From positions 136,028,001 to 136,092,000 of the forward strand of contig OX597814.1 of assembly GCA_951406725.2 (NCBI GenBank): DNA of 64,000 bases, read 5' to 3'. Shown here in pieces: positions 14,089 to 25,429 of this stretch. The translations under genes and the position numbers were made by a program. The notes under the pieces are model-generated. The model ran no database searches. It had not been told where the DNA came from and saw only the letters and a program-made list of their open reading frames with translations. Within the stretch, counting starts at the first letter, position 1; the number at the start of each line of letters is the position of its first letter. This DNA comes from Octopus vulgaris. Its lineage: Eukaryota.

Positions 14089-14400
14089 TTTAAGGTGGTG
14101 AGTTGGCAGATTTGTTAGCATGTCAGGCAAAATGCTTAGTGGCATTTTGTCCGTCCTTACATTCTGAGTTCAAATTCTGCCGAGGTTGACTTTGCCTTTC
14201 ATCCTTTCGGTGTTGATTAAATAAGTACCAGTTACCCAGTTACGCACTGGGGTCAATGTAATGACCTTCCCCCAAATTTGAGGCCTTGTGCTTCCAGTAG
14301 AAAGGATTATTAGAAGTACCAGATAAATACTGGGGTCAATGTAATTGACTACTAGCCCCCTTCCCCCAAATTTCAGGCTGTGTGCTTGTAGTAGAAAGAA
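13325..14400 (+). mobile_element. Cluster of ~4 SINE family A copies separated by (TTA)n
   Basis: Same consensus repeated head-to-tail. Confidence 0.85.
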
Positions 14401-14947
14401 TTATTATTATTGTTGTTGTTTTTCTATTGAAATCAAACTACTTATAAGCTGCTCACCACCAAACACTAACTAAATCTTTTGCAGTCTCATTTAGCCACAA
14501 AAAATTTTTTCTAGTAAGCAAATCAATACGCTGCATCTAATAAAGGATGGTGGTAGGAATAATGATAAAATAAATAAATATTTGGAAGCCTGTTAAACAC
14601 TATCAAATCAATTAGATTAAACTAAAAAAAGGCAGTGCTTTGATAACAGAGTAAACATTGCTTGCAAACATACTACCATTGCACTGCAACAATGGAGCGT
14701 GTTTCCTACTGCATAGTTTTATTGAGGCAGTCACTCTTGGCTTGTGTCCATGTCTATGTGGAGGCTTTTGTTAATAGCGGAAATTTGAAATGGTCTGAAA
14801 GTTGCCAGTTGGGTTAAGCATGAACAAAGCATTTTAGATGCCATATATTTGATTAAAAATATACTTGAGTCTTTCATTTTTGTACACTCGAGTCTTTGAT
14901 TAGTGTTAGGCAGATTGCATAAATGTGTGTTTATACATCCCTCCTCC

Positions 14948-14954
14948 ATATATG

Positions 14955-14987
<33 letters not shown>

Positions 14988-15014
14988 ATGTATATACGTG
15001 TGTGTGTGTGTGTC

Positions 15015-15050
<36 letters not shown>

Positions 15051-15173
15051 ATGTGTATGTGTGTGTGTGTATGTATGTGTGTGTGTATGTATGTGTGTGT
15101 GTGTGTATGTATGTGTGTGTGTGTCTGTGTATATATGTATATGTGTGCGTATATATATTCGTATACATATATA
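14948..15173. repeat. Compound (TA)n/(TG)n microsatellite; similar tracts at 15650-15745, 16480-16590, 30365-30525 and 48200-48440
   Basis: Direct reading. Confidence 0.95.
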
Positions 15174-15174
15174 T

Positions 15175-15428
15175 TGGCACATAAAATACACCAATCTGAC
15201 CGTGGCCGTTGCCAGCCCCGCCTGGCACCTGTGCAGGTGGCACGTAAAAAGCACCCACTACACTCACGGAGTGGTTGGCGTTAGGAAGGGCATCCAGCTG
15301 TAGAAACATTGCCAGATTAGACTGGAGCCTGGTGCAGCCTTCTGGCTTCCCAGAACCCCGGTCGAACCGTCCAACCCATGCTAGCATGGAGAACGGACGT
15401 TAAACGATGATGATGATGATGATGATGA
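15175..15428 (+). mobile_element. Short 3'-end copy of the same RTE LINE
   Basis: Nearly identical to 33481-33733; sits in TA/TG microsatellite. Confidence 0.9.
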
Positions 15429-15515
15429 TATACATTTTTCAATATGTGACCGTGTGTGTATCGTTGGTGATTTTCTTTCTCTGTCTTCCCTTCCTTGGAC
15501 GTTTCCTTTTTCTAT

Positions 15516-15550
15516 GTTTCTGACGAAGAGCTCTGCTTGAAACGTTAAAT
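15516..15550 (+). ncRNA. Ultra-minimal hammerhead-like motif
   Basis: GTTT-CTGACGA-a-GAGC-tct-GCTT-GAAA-CG-TT-AAAT; palindromic AACGTT in place of stem III. Confidence 0.5.
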
Positions 15551-15648
15551 CCTCCTTTTTTCTTTCTTTTCCTGAGCGTTCAATAACACTATACTTGTTT
15601 CATGTCTTTGCGTTGTTGTGTTTTCTCTTTGTTCATGTTTGGATTAAC

Positions 15649-15738
<90 letters not shown>

Positions 15739-15840
15739 TACACACTTTGGGCACCTTCAGCAAGTGTCTTCTACTATAGCCTTGGGCTGACCAAAGCCTT
15801 GTGAGTGGATTTGATAGACAGATGCTGAAAGAAATCAGTC

Positions 15841-15895
<55 letters not shown>

Positions 15896-16008
15896 ATATT
15901 GGATGGGGGTAGAGATTGAACATTTGTAATGGATTACCTACTCCATTGCTAATAAAGCATACTTAATATCTCCCTTGGTGTGCGACTTTGTGGCCACCCT
16001 GTATATGT

Positions 16009-16410
16009 AGGCGCAGGCGTGGCTGTGTGGTAAGAAGCTTGCTTCCCAACCACATGGTTCTGGGTCCAGTGTCTTCTGCTATAGCCTCAGGCTGACCAAA
16101 GCCTTGTGAGTCGATTTGGTAGATGGAAACTGAAAGAAGCCTGTTGTATATATGTATATGTTTGTGTGTCTGTGTTTGTCCTCCCACCATCGCTTGACAA
16201 CTGATGTTGTACATGTGGTAATCTGACTACTGTCATGTAAAAAGTACTAAGTACATTGTGTAACATGGTTGACATTAGGAAGGGCATTGAGCCATAAAAA
16301 TCATGTTAAAGCTGGCAATATGGCTTGGTGCAGTCTTCTAGTTTGCCAGCTCCTGCTAAACTGCCCAAGACCTGTCAGCATGGAAAATGGATCTTAAATG
16401 ATGATGATGA
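16009..16410 (+). mobile_element. tRNA-derived SINE family B with an RTE-like tail (others at ~5372, 15745, 27665, 34117, 37135, 37845, 47082 and 57515)
   Basis: ggcgtggctgtgtggtaagaagcttgcttcccaaccacatgg...aaagccttgtgagt...gaaactgaaagaagc. Confidence 0.85.
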
Positions 16411-16478
16411 TATACACATACACCTATATATATTCTCACTGGTATACATATTCATATGTATATTCTTTCCATTTTATT

Positions 16479-16519
<41 letters not shown>

Positions 16520-16529
16520 TTCATAAACT

Positions 16530-16589
<60 letters not shown>

Positions 16590-16590
<1 letters not shown>

Positions 16591-16724
16591 GTTAGGAAGG
16601 GCATCCAGCTGTAGAAACACTGCCAGATCTGACTGGCCTGGTGCAGCCTTCGGGCTCCCCAGACCCCAGTTGAACCGTCCAACCCATGCTAGCATGGAAA
16701 GCGGACGGTAAACGATGATGATGA
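16590..16724 (+). mobile_element. RTE LINE 3' tip inserted in (TA)n
   Basis: gttaggaagggcatccagctgtagaaac...catgctagcatgg...(gat)n, flanked by TA repeats. Confidence 0.85.
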
Positions 16725-17939
16725 TATATATACACACACACACACATACACAGAGGCATATTTCTGTGGGCATTTGTGTTAGTGTACATACACTCTAGTA
16801 ATTAATTTAGATAATTTTTACTCTGTGTTTCCATTCATCTAATCAAATGATTTTTATATACCATAAATAGTACACTACTAAACCATTTTGTGGCTGGAGT
16901 TTTGCTAATTATAGTGTTGGCATGACTACCAAGCCCCACTAACAAGATGAACCAAAAATATATAAAGTTTAGGAAACCCAGAACAGTAGTTTGACAAAGC
17001 CACAACTGGCAACACTTTGAAGTTACTGTCTTACTCTCTTTTTCATAGTAAATACAAACATAAGTGTGTGTGTCTGCTTGTTCCTTCACCTGTCTTCATC
17101 TTTTGTTTTCTGTAAATTCAAACTATATATATATATATTCACATGTGCACAAACACATGTGTGTGTGTAAATGTTCTCAATGTTGCACCTTTGTTTTTGT
17201 TTTCTGATTGTATTAATCTCTTAGACTGGGTTGATTAACCTGTAAGATCCATCCATTGTAACTTCTGTATTAAGGCTTCTTTTCTAAACTTATTTCATGT
17301 GTATTGCTTCATTTTTCCATTTTCTGGATGGTTTTGAAAATGAAAGTTCTCCACAATAGATGTCTTCCCATTAGTTGACCCCAGGTTTCTGCCTTTATTT
17401 TATTTTTATTCTATCTTATTTTATTTGTGTTTTGTGACTGTTTTTCTCTTGGTCTTCATGAATTATCTTTCATGAAGTTTAGATTTATATTGTAAATGAA
17501 TGAATCCACTTCTGATGCCAGGTCTTACAGCAAAACAAACTATAACTCATAGAGAGATAAACCCTATTAATAATAAATATAATATTATTTGTGTGTGTGT
17601 GTGCACGTGCGCACACACACACAATCGGACAGACTCCAAAGAGACTGGTGTTAGCAAGGCTTGTATTATTTTGTAAAATCAATAAAAAGAGTGCAGTGAA
17701 ATTTGTGAGAGACAGCAGAGTTTTGCATCTTCTGCTGTCTCTCATTAATTTCTTTCCTGTCAACTTTTACCTGAAGGACTTTGTCTGAAATGTTGGATTT
17801 TCCACACCCCACAACAAATTCACCACACTCTTTTTTTTTTTAATATCTATTTTACTATATATATATAGTAAAATAGATATAAAAATAAAACACGCTCATA
17901 CACATGCATTGACATAATTTTTTTTTTTCAATATTTCAG

Positions 17940-18000
17940 CTTAAGAAGGATTATAGGATTTGGTGTTGGTACTGGAGCCAATATTTTGGTTAGATACAGT
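17940..18000 (+). CDS. NDRG: NDRG exon (LRRIIGFGVGTGANILVRYS)
   Basis: tttcag/gtaagt; IGxGVGxGAxIL pseudo-nucleophile elbow of the NDRG alpha/beta-hydrolase fold; 61 nt. Confidence 0.96.
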
Positions 18001-18104
18001 GTAAGTATATTTATTTAGACTTTATTATTGTGTAGATGTCATAAAAGTTGTTTTGAGATTTATCAGCATACTGTTTTTATTATTCGGTGGTATAATATTA
18101 ATAT

Positions 18105-19500
18105 TTAATATTCCTGAACAATCTTAGAAGGGAGATCATTTGAGGTAGGCTTTGCAGCGGGGGAAGGGAGCCCATAAGTGGTCATTACGTCACTGCCTAA
18201 AGCTAAAGTCTTGTTTTCAGTCTCAATCAGCGCTAGGTTGTATATTGTATCGGTGAAACCTATGTTTAAAGTAGGGAATCGAAGCTGAGCGGCTTGCCTA
18301 AAGTCCTCAGACAGGTCATTCCTAAATTGAAGCCACAAAGAATACGGACTATTGGGTGCACAGTTGTGCAGTATAACAGCAAAAAAATGTTCTAAGGCTT
18401 TCAGTTGATTTGGATACATAAGTCTCTGATAAGCAGGCTTACCACTGCCTGTCATCTTCAAGAAGACCGCGCTGTTAACATGCTTCCTTGTATGTTGCAA
18501 AAAAATTTTCATCCATAGTTCTTAAATCCTGAAAGCAAGTTGGGCCTGTTACTTCATGTAAAAGAAGACGGAGATGAAATCATTCAGTCTGATTTGGGTG
18601 CACTGTATAAACATACCCAAGGCAATCATCGAACTTAATGCCTTTGTGCACTTCAACAGTTTTACCTGTCTTCCTTCTCCTCCACATCTTGTTCCAGGTG
18701 TAGTAAGATAGAACTTGGGAGTAAAGGAGTGTCTGTGCAAAAGGATCAACCTGACAAAGTTTAAAAAATGCAGTAAGTGTATTGTCTGATGGAGCCTGTG
18801 CTACCTGGGCAGTAGTGGCTTCACTGAAATACACTCTTTAGCCATTTTCCAGATGAACAGCAAGCTGAACAACGGCAGGATACCTTTTGTGTATTGGAAA
18901 CCGAAAATACACCAAAACGCTTCATTGCTGCTTATGTACTGTGCAGCCTGGTATTGCGTTACTTCATCGTGTTGGTTGATGCTTTGGAGGCCAAACATGG
19001 CGGCATTGGGCCCTTTGTTAATGTATTTGCAGACATATTTGATTGATTTGATGGAATTGCAAAATTCAACTTTGATATGCGCTTTAAATGTCTTTGAAAA
19101 AAGCGGACTGTAAGGTACTATCCATCTTTTGTCAACTTCGAATTTCCCTATGGTTAAGGTTAAGCCTCCGTTGCATGGCTTCCTTCGCCTATACACTGGG
19201 TACCCGTCTTGAGCAGTTTGAGCAAATTTTTGGGAATAATTCTTAGAGCATACACCATTTATCAAGCAATCTTTCCTGGGAAGAGCTGATCCTGAAGACT
19301 CTGGATAGTACTGGCTATTGTGCAAATGTTACTTATGTCAACATCTTCATTTCCATCTTCTGGAACTTCCCCATTACCAAGAAGGAGAATGTCCCTCACA
19401 AAATCTACTGACAATGGGTCCTCATGGAGACATGCTCTCATATGTCTAATATGGTCCATGATGAAGTTATTCTGTTTAATGTCCGGAATATTGAATGATT
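18105..19500 (-). mobile_element. Helitron RepHel fragments (pseudogene)
   Basis: DGYPVYRRR, WIVPYSP, HIKVEFCNSIKSIKYVCKYINKG and YISSNEAFW (Rep region); MR...LLLGNG (PIF1-type helicase); frameshifted. Confidence 0.9.
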
Positions 19501-19776
19501 AAGAAATTAGAATGACAAAAGAATTAATAACTATGGATTTCATTAGCTTATAACTATTTCTGCTTATAAGGTGGAATGCACTCATAGTTGAATGCTTGTT
19601 TATCACCCTGCATCTTCATCAGAGTTTATTGCACTTCATGTTTGAAACTTTGATGAAGCTCTAGAGTGATGCCCAAGCACTCAACTATGAGTACATTGCA
19701 TCTTATAGCAGAAACGGCTGTGAGCTAATTAAGTTCATAACCTAATCGTTCCTTCCTTTGTCATTTTAATTTCCTA
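19500..19776. repeat. Diverged ~125-bp inverted repeat with hammerhead-like boxes
   Basis: Arms ~19500-19627 and ~19645-19776. Confidence 0.8.
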
Positions 19777-19976
19777 TTACCACTTTGTACTCAACTGAAG
19801 TTACATTCTGAAGCATATGTATATTGATTAATTATTAATATGAATTATTAACTTCTAATTTCACTTATTTCCAAGAAAATTTGGATTGTCATTATTTATA
19901 TATTTATAATTATCTGCTTTACTCTTTTTTGTTATTAAATAGTATAATATGACTCTGTTCCTAATTGCCATTCCAG

Positions 19977-20063
19977 TTGTGTCACCCAAGCTTTGTTGAT
20001 TCGTTGGTGGTGATTAATCCCACTTGTGATGCTCCTGGATGGATAGAATGGGGCTACCAAAAA
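19977..20063 (+). CDS. NDRG: NDRG exon (LCHPSFVDSLVVINPTCDAPGWIEWGYQK)
   Basis: ttccag/gtaagt; HPxxVxxLVxIN...GWxEW motif; 87 nt, phase 0-0. Confidence 0.96.
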
Positions 20064-20670
20064 GTAAGTTTTATTGTTGTTTTTGTTGATGTTGACATTT
20101 TTCACAAACTAGAAATTAGCTCTTTTTCCCTTAAAAAATTTATTTTGTTATTTTCTATGAGGTGAGAAGCAGTACCCATGATCTTTGCAATCCCTATCAG
20201 ATTAATGGGGTGGTTATCATTTAACCTTAGGTCTACACTAACTGAGCAGACCTGTGATCAAAATGTCTTGAGTCATGATCATTCTGTTTACTTGGGCATT
20301 GAGCTATGTTTCCTCTAAGTTTAAGGAAGTGAGTACAAATATCCATCATGAAAATCACCAGGCCACTTTCTGGATCTGGTCTGATTCACCTCATTATATT
20401 TCTGCCCTGTTGTGTGTGTGTGTGTGTGTGTGTGCGCGTGCATGTGTGTGCATGGCCTTGTATCAGTTACAAAAAATCAAATGAAACCAAAAAATTTGTT
20501 ATTCAAATACAAACTTGTATAAAAGTTTTCTACTTTATGATAATGGGTATTCTAAGTCTTTTTTTTCTTTGTACTTGGAATTTTGTCTGTTACATTCACT
20601 GACAGTTTTTAACCCCTTAAACCCACTGTGTAATGTATTTAATCTATTTTTGTTTTCTTTGACATTATAG

Positions 20671-20748
20671 ATGAACATGTGGTATTTGTTTAGTGGTCAA
20701 ATGACAAACTTTACTGAAGAGTATCTCTTGTGGCATTGGTTCGGAAAG
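20671..20748 (+). CDS. NDRG: NDRG exon (MNMWYLFSGQMTNFTEEYLLWHWFGK)
   Basis: tatag/gtatgt; cap-domain LLWHxFG motif; 78 nt. Confidence 0.93.
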
Positions 20749-22254
20749 GTATGTTGTACTCCTGAATATCTTAAGCATAATCAATAAACAAAATGTCAAT
20801 AATGGTACCAAGAAAATGTGATATTAGTATCATTGTGGTTAATAAGTGGCAAACTAGTAGAATTGATAGAGTGCCTAACTAAATACATAGTGGTGTTTAG
20901 CTACAGTGCGTTACATTCTGAGTTCAAATCCAGTGGGAGAAAGATTGCAGCATTGTCTTTCAGCTCTCTGGATTTGACAAAATAAATATCAAATATATTC
21001 ATATTTGGTACCCCATTTTGAGGGGTTTTGTCTTGTGAGTATTTGGTGAATTCACTAGTGTTGGTATCACCAAGAAAAGAAAAGCATTTAGCACATTGTG
21101 ATGTGATTGGTGCATCCACTTGTAAAAGGGCATCCACTTTTAGAAACCATGCTAAAGCAGATATTGGTGTGCAATGTTCTGGCATCTTGGTTCCTAACAA
21201 AATGTCCAACCCATGTCAGCATGGAAAAATGGTTGTTAAATAATGATTCTGAAGTTGAGTCCAATCATCTAATCCTCTCCCTTTACAAAATGGTTGCCCT
21301 GTGCTCATAATGTAAGACCTCATTATTTTGGTGAATAAGGCAGCTAGCTGGCAGAATCGTTAGCACACTGGGCAAAATGCTTAGAAGCATTTTGTCCGTC
21401 TTTATGTTCTGAGTTCAAATTCCACCAAGGTTGACTTCACCTTTCATCCTTTCAAGGTTGATAAAATAAGTACCAGTTGAGCACTGGAGTTGATGTAATC
21501 AAGCTAAAGCATAATTAACAAAAGCCATAACTGTAACATTATCCCATTCCTTTCACCTATAAATGTGTGGTCTACCGCCTCAATAAGTAATCATTATTTT
21601 TATTGATTTTCATCATTGGTACAAGTAACACATTTTAGTGGAAAGTATAGTTGATTAACCCAACCTCTTTACTTTCAGTGGTACTTTATCAGTCCCCAGA
21701 AGGGTGAAAGGCAAATTTGAACCCAATGTAGCGGATCATATCTAAATGTTTCAGAGGATTTTCTTAGACACTCTAACAATTCTACCATCCACCATATGAT
21801 TGTTAACCCTTTAGCATTTAAACTGGCCATATCCGACCAAAATATTGTATCTTTTTTATGTTCAAGCCATCCCAATCCAGCCTCTCACACCTCTTCTACA
21901 ATAGACTATCACATATCAAAAGCTCTAAGATATCAAAAACAATATGCATAAATAAGCATTATATTTGACAGAATAATCTGAATGCTAAAAGGTTAAGGCA
22001 TTGGATAGCTAGTAAACTGGTGGAGCAGTTTGTGATATATAGTTATGTCCCTTTGCATTATGAGTTCAAATTTAATTGGAATTAACTTTATCATTCATCC
22101 CTCAGTGTCAATACAAGAAGCACAAGTATTGATGTTGATTAAATTGACTTTACTCGTAACCGAACGTTTGTGGCCTTTGTTATTGTTTTATTATTTTATA
22201 TGATTGTGTTAATATACAAAATTATTATTTCATATAATTATTGTTTTTACCTAG

Positions 22255-22355
22255 AAAACTCGATGGGAAAACCATGATCTAGTCAATGTGTACAAGGACT
22301 GCATCAAAGCTATTAATCCACAAAACCTGGCATTATTCATAGAATCTTATCTGAG
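22255..22355 (+). CDS. NDRG: NDRG exon (KTRWENHDLVNVYKDCIKAINPQNLALFIESYL-R)
   Basis: cctag/gtagat; NxDLVxxY...NPxNLxLFxxSY motif; 101 nt. Confidence 0.95.
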
Positions 22356-22450
22356 GTAGATACTTTTAAACTTTTTAAACTTTCATTAAGAATCCATAAA
22401 TTGGATAAAGTTTAGCAAAGTTATATTTCTTTTCTATTCTTCTATTTCAG

Positions 22451-22516
22451 ACGAACTGATCTTGGCTTGATCCGAGAACTGGATAATATTCGCAGGAACA
22501 CTGTGAAGAATGTAAA
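22451..22516 (+). CDS. NDRG: NDRG exon (RTDLGLIRELDNIRRNTVKNV-K)
   Basis: tttcag/gtaagt; RxDL motif; follows a 95-nt intron; 66 nt. Confidence 0.95.
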
Positions 22517-23519
22517 GTAAGTGTCAAGAATCTTTGTTTTCTTTTTATATGGGTTGTATATGGCAAGCTGGCAGAAGCGTTAGCATGTCAGGCAAAATTT
22601 TTAGTAGCATTTTATCTGTCCTTACGTTTTGAGTTCAAATTCCGCTGAAGTTGACTTTGCTTTTCATCCCTTTCAAGGTCGATAAATTAAGAACCAAAGG
22701 AGTACTGGGGTCGATGTAATTGACTTAACTTTCCCCCAAAATCTCAGGCCTTGTGCCTACAGTAAAAAGGATTATATGGATTGTATTTCTTTATGCATTT
22801 CAGCCCTGTTTACTGTGACTCTTTATCTCCTCTTTTGTTTGTTCTAACTATTTCTTTAAAATATTTCCTTAGTTTGCCTCCACTGGGGGTACCCTTTAAC
22901 TGCTAACTCCCATCACTTTCTGAATGTGGCCTATATAATTTATTCAGGTTACATTTCATACTAATGTTAGTATATCCTTAGCTAATCTCTTTGTCCAACT
23001 AGTTCTTCAACTCCCTTGTGCTCAATCTTTCTTACACACACACACAGCTTATCCAATAGAAAATACTAAACTGTTTTTCCAGCTGGGTTAGCCATATATC
23101 TCCTCTACAAAAAGACACCTGTTCCCATCCCTCTATCAAAACTTGGCATAAGCCACCTTCTTCAATACTACACCCTTTCACTCAAGAGGTCTTGTCTTGT
23201 GAGCTACTTGGTGACCTCACTAGTGCCAGTGACATAAAAAAGAAAACACCCACCACACTCTGTAAAGTGATAGATGTGAGGAAGTGCATTCAGCTATTGA
23301 AACCATGGCAGAACAGACATTTGAGCATGACACAGTGCTATGACCTGTAATCCTGTCAAACCACCCAGTCCATGCTGGCGTGGAAGACAGACAATAATGT
23401 TGATATCTAAGCAACCATTTTAGATTTTTTAGTATTCATTACCATTTGTTGTATCTTTTGTATGAAAACAAACGTTTTGTTTCCAAGACTTGTTCCACAT
23501 GTTCTTCTAACTTTAGTTA

Positions 23520-24250
23520 CTAAGTTATCACTAGATTTAGTAAAAATGCATCACCAGATTATTTCTACTTTTTGGGTGCCTGCCGTACAATTAATGATCT
23601 TCAGTTCATGTTCAATTACTATGTAAGCCACTCTTATGCATCTGTTATATCTCATCAATTCAAAAACACACTTCTTGCTAAGGCCAGTGCCATGGATCAG
23701 AAAACATGGAATAGCATCATCACCAGAGTCCATCATTCAGCAACACCCACAGCTGTGTATTGGCTAAGAGGACAGCATCTCTCCCCAGTCACCAGCTAAG
23801 GATTTTACTTACTTAGCCAGTTTTTGGACAATCTACAGTATGCTTACCTTCTTCTGCATAGACTTAGCGTATAGTAAATTTCTCAGTAATCATGATCTTT
23901 AATGATCACTCTCTTATTTACTTAATTGAAGTGAGCTCACAACACACATATATCTACACAGAGCTTTCTTATTGCTTACCTGACTGTTGAGCATGGAATC
24001 TTGTCAAAATCTTTCTCAAATATTAAAAAAAAAAAGAAGGAAAATATTTCTTTGTGACATATTTATCATTTAGTTGACTTCACAAATATACCATTTGGGC
24101 AGCCCCTATGCTCAATTAGAAACAAAAACTTCATCCCAAGAATTATTACTTTATTCTGTACAAGCTTTTCTTTCTACCACCTTCATTACTTCTCTTTTGA
24201 GTCACGAAGTATGATTATAAGACCCTGGAATTATACATGGTTCTTTCTAA
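23520..24250 (-). mobile_element. Degenerate LINE RT relic
   Basis: - strand FEKDFDKIP (KAFD-like) near 24000 and other decayed RT-like words. Confidence 0.4.
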
Positions 24251-24565
24251 TGATTGAACTTGCTTACAATATTCTAATATTTTATAATTAGTTACAGAAT
24301 TAAGGTGGTAAGCTGCAGAATTGTCAGCATGCTGGACAAAATGTTTAGTGACATTTCTTCCAGATTTATGTTCTGAGTCCAAATTCCACTGAGGTTGACT
24401 TTGCTTTCATCCTTTCAGGGTCAGTAAAATAAATACTAGTCAAGCACTGAGATCAGTGTAATCAACCAGCTTCATCTCTCAAAATATCAGGCCTTGTCCC
24501 TTTAGTAGAATGAATTATTTATAGGATTATAATACAACAATATGGTGTTTTTTTTAATCTTTCAG

Positions 24566-24665
24566 ATGCCGCACTATGCTGCTGGTTGGTGATGACTCTC
24601 CTCATCTTGATGAAGTTGTTAATATGAATGGAAGGATGGATCCTCAGGAGACTGATTTTGTTAAG
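24566..24665 (+). CDS. NDRG: NDRG exon (CRTMLLVGDDSPHLDEVVNMNGRMDPQETDFVK)
   Basis: tttcag/gtattt; CxxLLVxGDxSP...NxxxDP motif; 100 nt. Confidence 0.96.
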
Positions 24666-25341
24666 GTATTTCATTGCTGCTTTTTTTCATTCTTTAACTT
24701 TTCATTTAAATTCATGAAACAAGACCTATTATTGTTCACAGTAAGATGTTGACTATGTAATTCTGATGTGAAAATCTTATTCTAGTATTCTAGTATTTCT
24801 TAGTTTGTTCTGTTGCTGTTATCTTCTTTCTTTTACTTGTGTTTGTCATTGGACTATGCCCATGTTGGTGTACCACCATGAAGGCTTACCTGAACAAATA
24901 GACCCTAATAATAGTTTTTAAGTCTGGTACTTATTTTATTGGTCAATTTTACACCCAGTGAAACACATACAGTACACTCTGTAAAGTAGTTGACATTAGG
25001 AAGAGAATCCAGCTGTAGAAACTAAGCCAAAACAGATTTGGGAACCTGGTGCAGCCCCTGGCCTTGCCATCTCTTGTTAAGCTGTCCAACCTATGCCAGT
25101 ATGGAAAACAGATGTTAAATGTTGATGATGATGGTGTTGTTTGTCCCCACCATACCACTTGACAACCAGTGTTGGGTTGTTAATGTCCCTGTAGTTTAGT
25201 GGTTTAGCGAAAGAAGTCAATAGAATAAGTACCAGGCTTAAAAAGCAATTTGTTTGATTAAACAATTCAAAATAGTACCCCAGTAAAAGATAAAAAATAA
25301 CCTGTTATTTTCAAATAAAAAAATTTCCGTTTTTGTTTTAG

Positions 25342-25429
25342 ATTGCTGATTGTGGTGGTATGCCCCTTGAGGAGCAACCAGCCAAAGTGTGTGAGGCTTT
25401 CCGGTACTTTCTTCAAGGAATGGGCTACA
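25342..25429 (+). CDS. NDRG: NDRG exon ([29 protein letters not shown])
   Basis: ttttag/gtaagt; diagnostic ADCGG...QPxKxxEAFxYFxQGMGY; 88 nt, ends in phase 1. Confidence 0.97.

Noticed and set aside
14903-15387. Overlapping ORFs rich in VC/YI/HT (also at 16.3-16.8, 30.1-30.8 and 48.2-48.5 kb)
   Set aside because: Translations of (TG)n/(TA)n microsatellites and LINE tails
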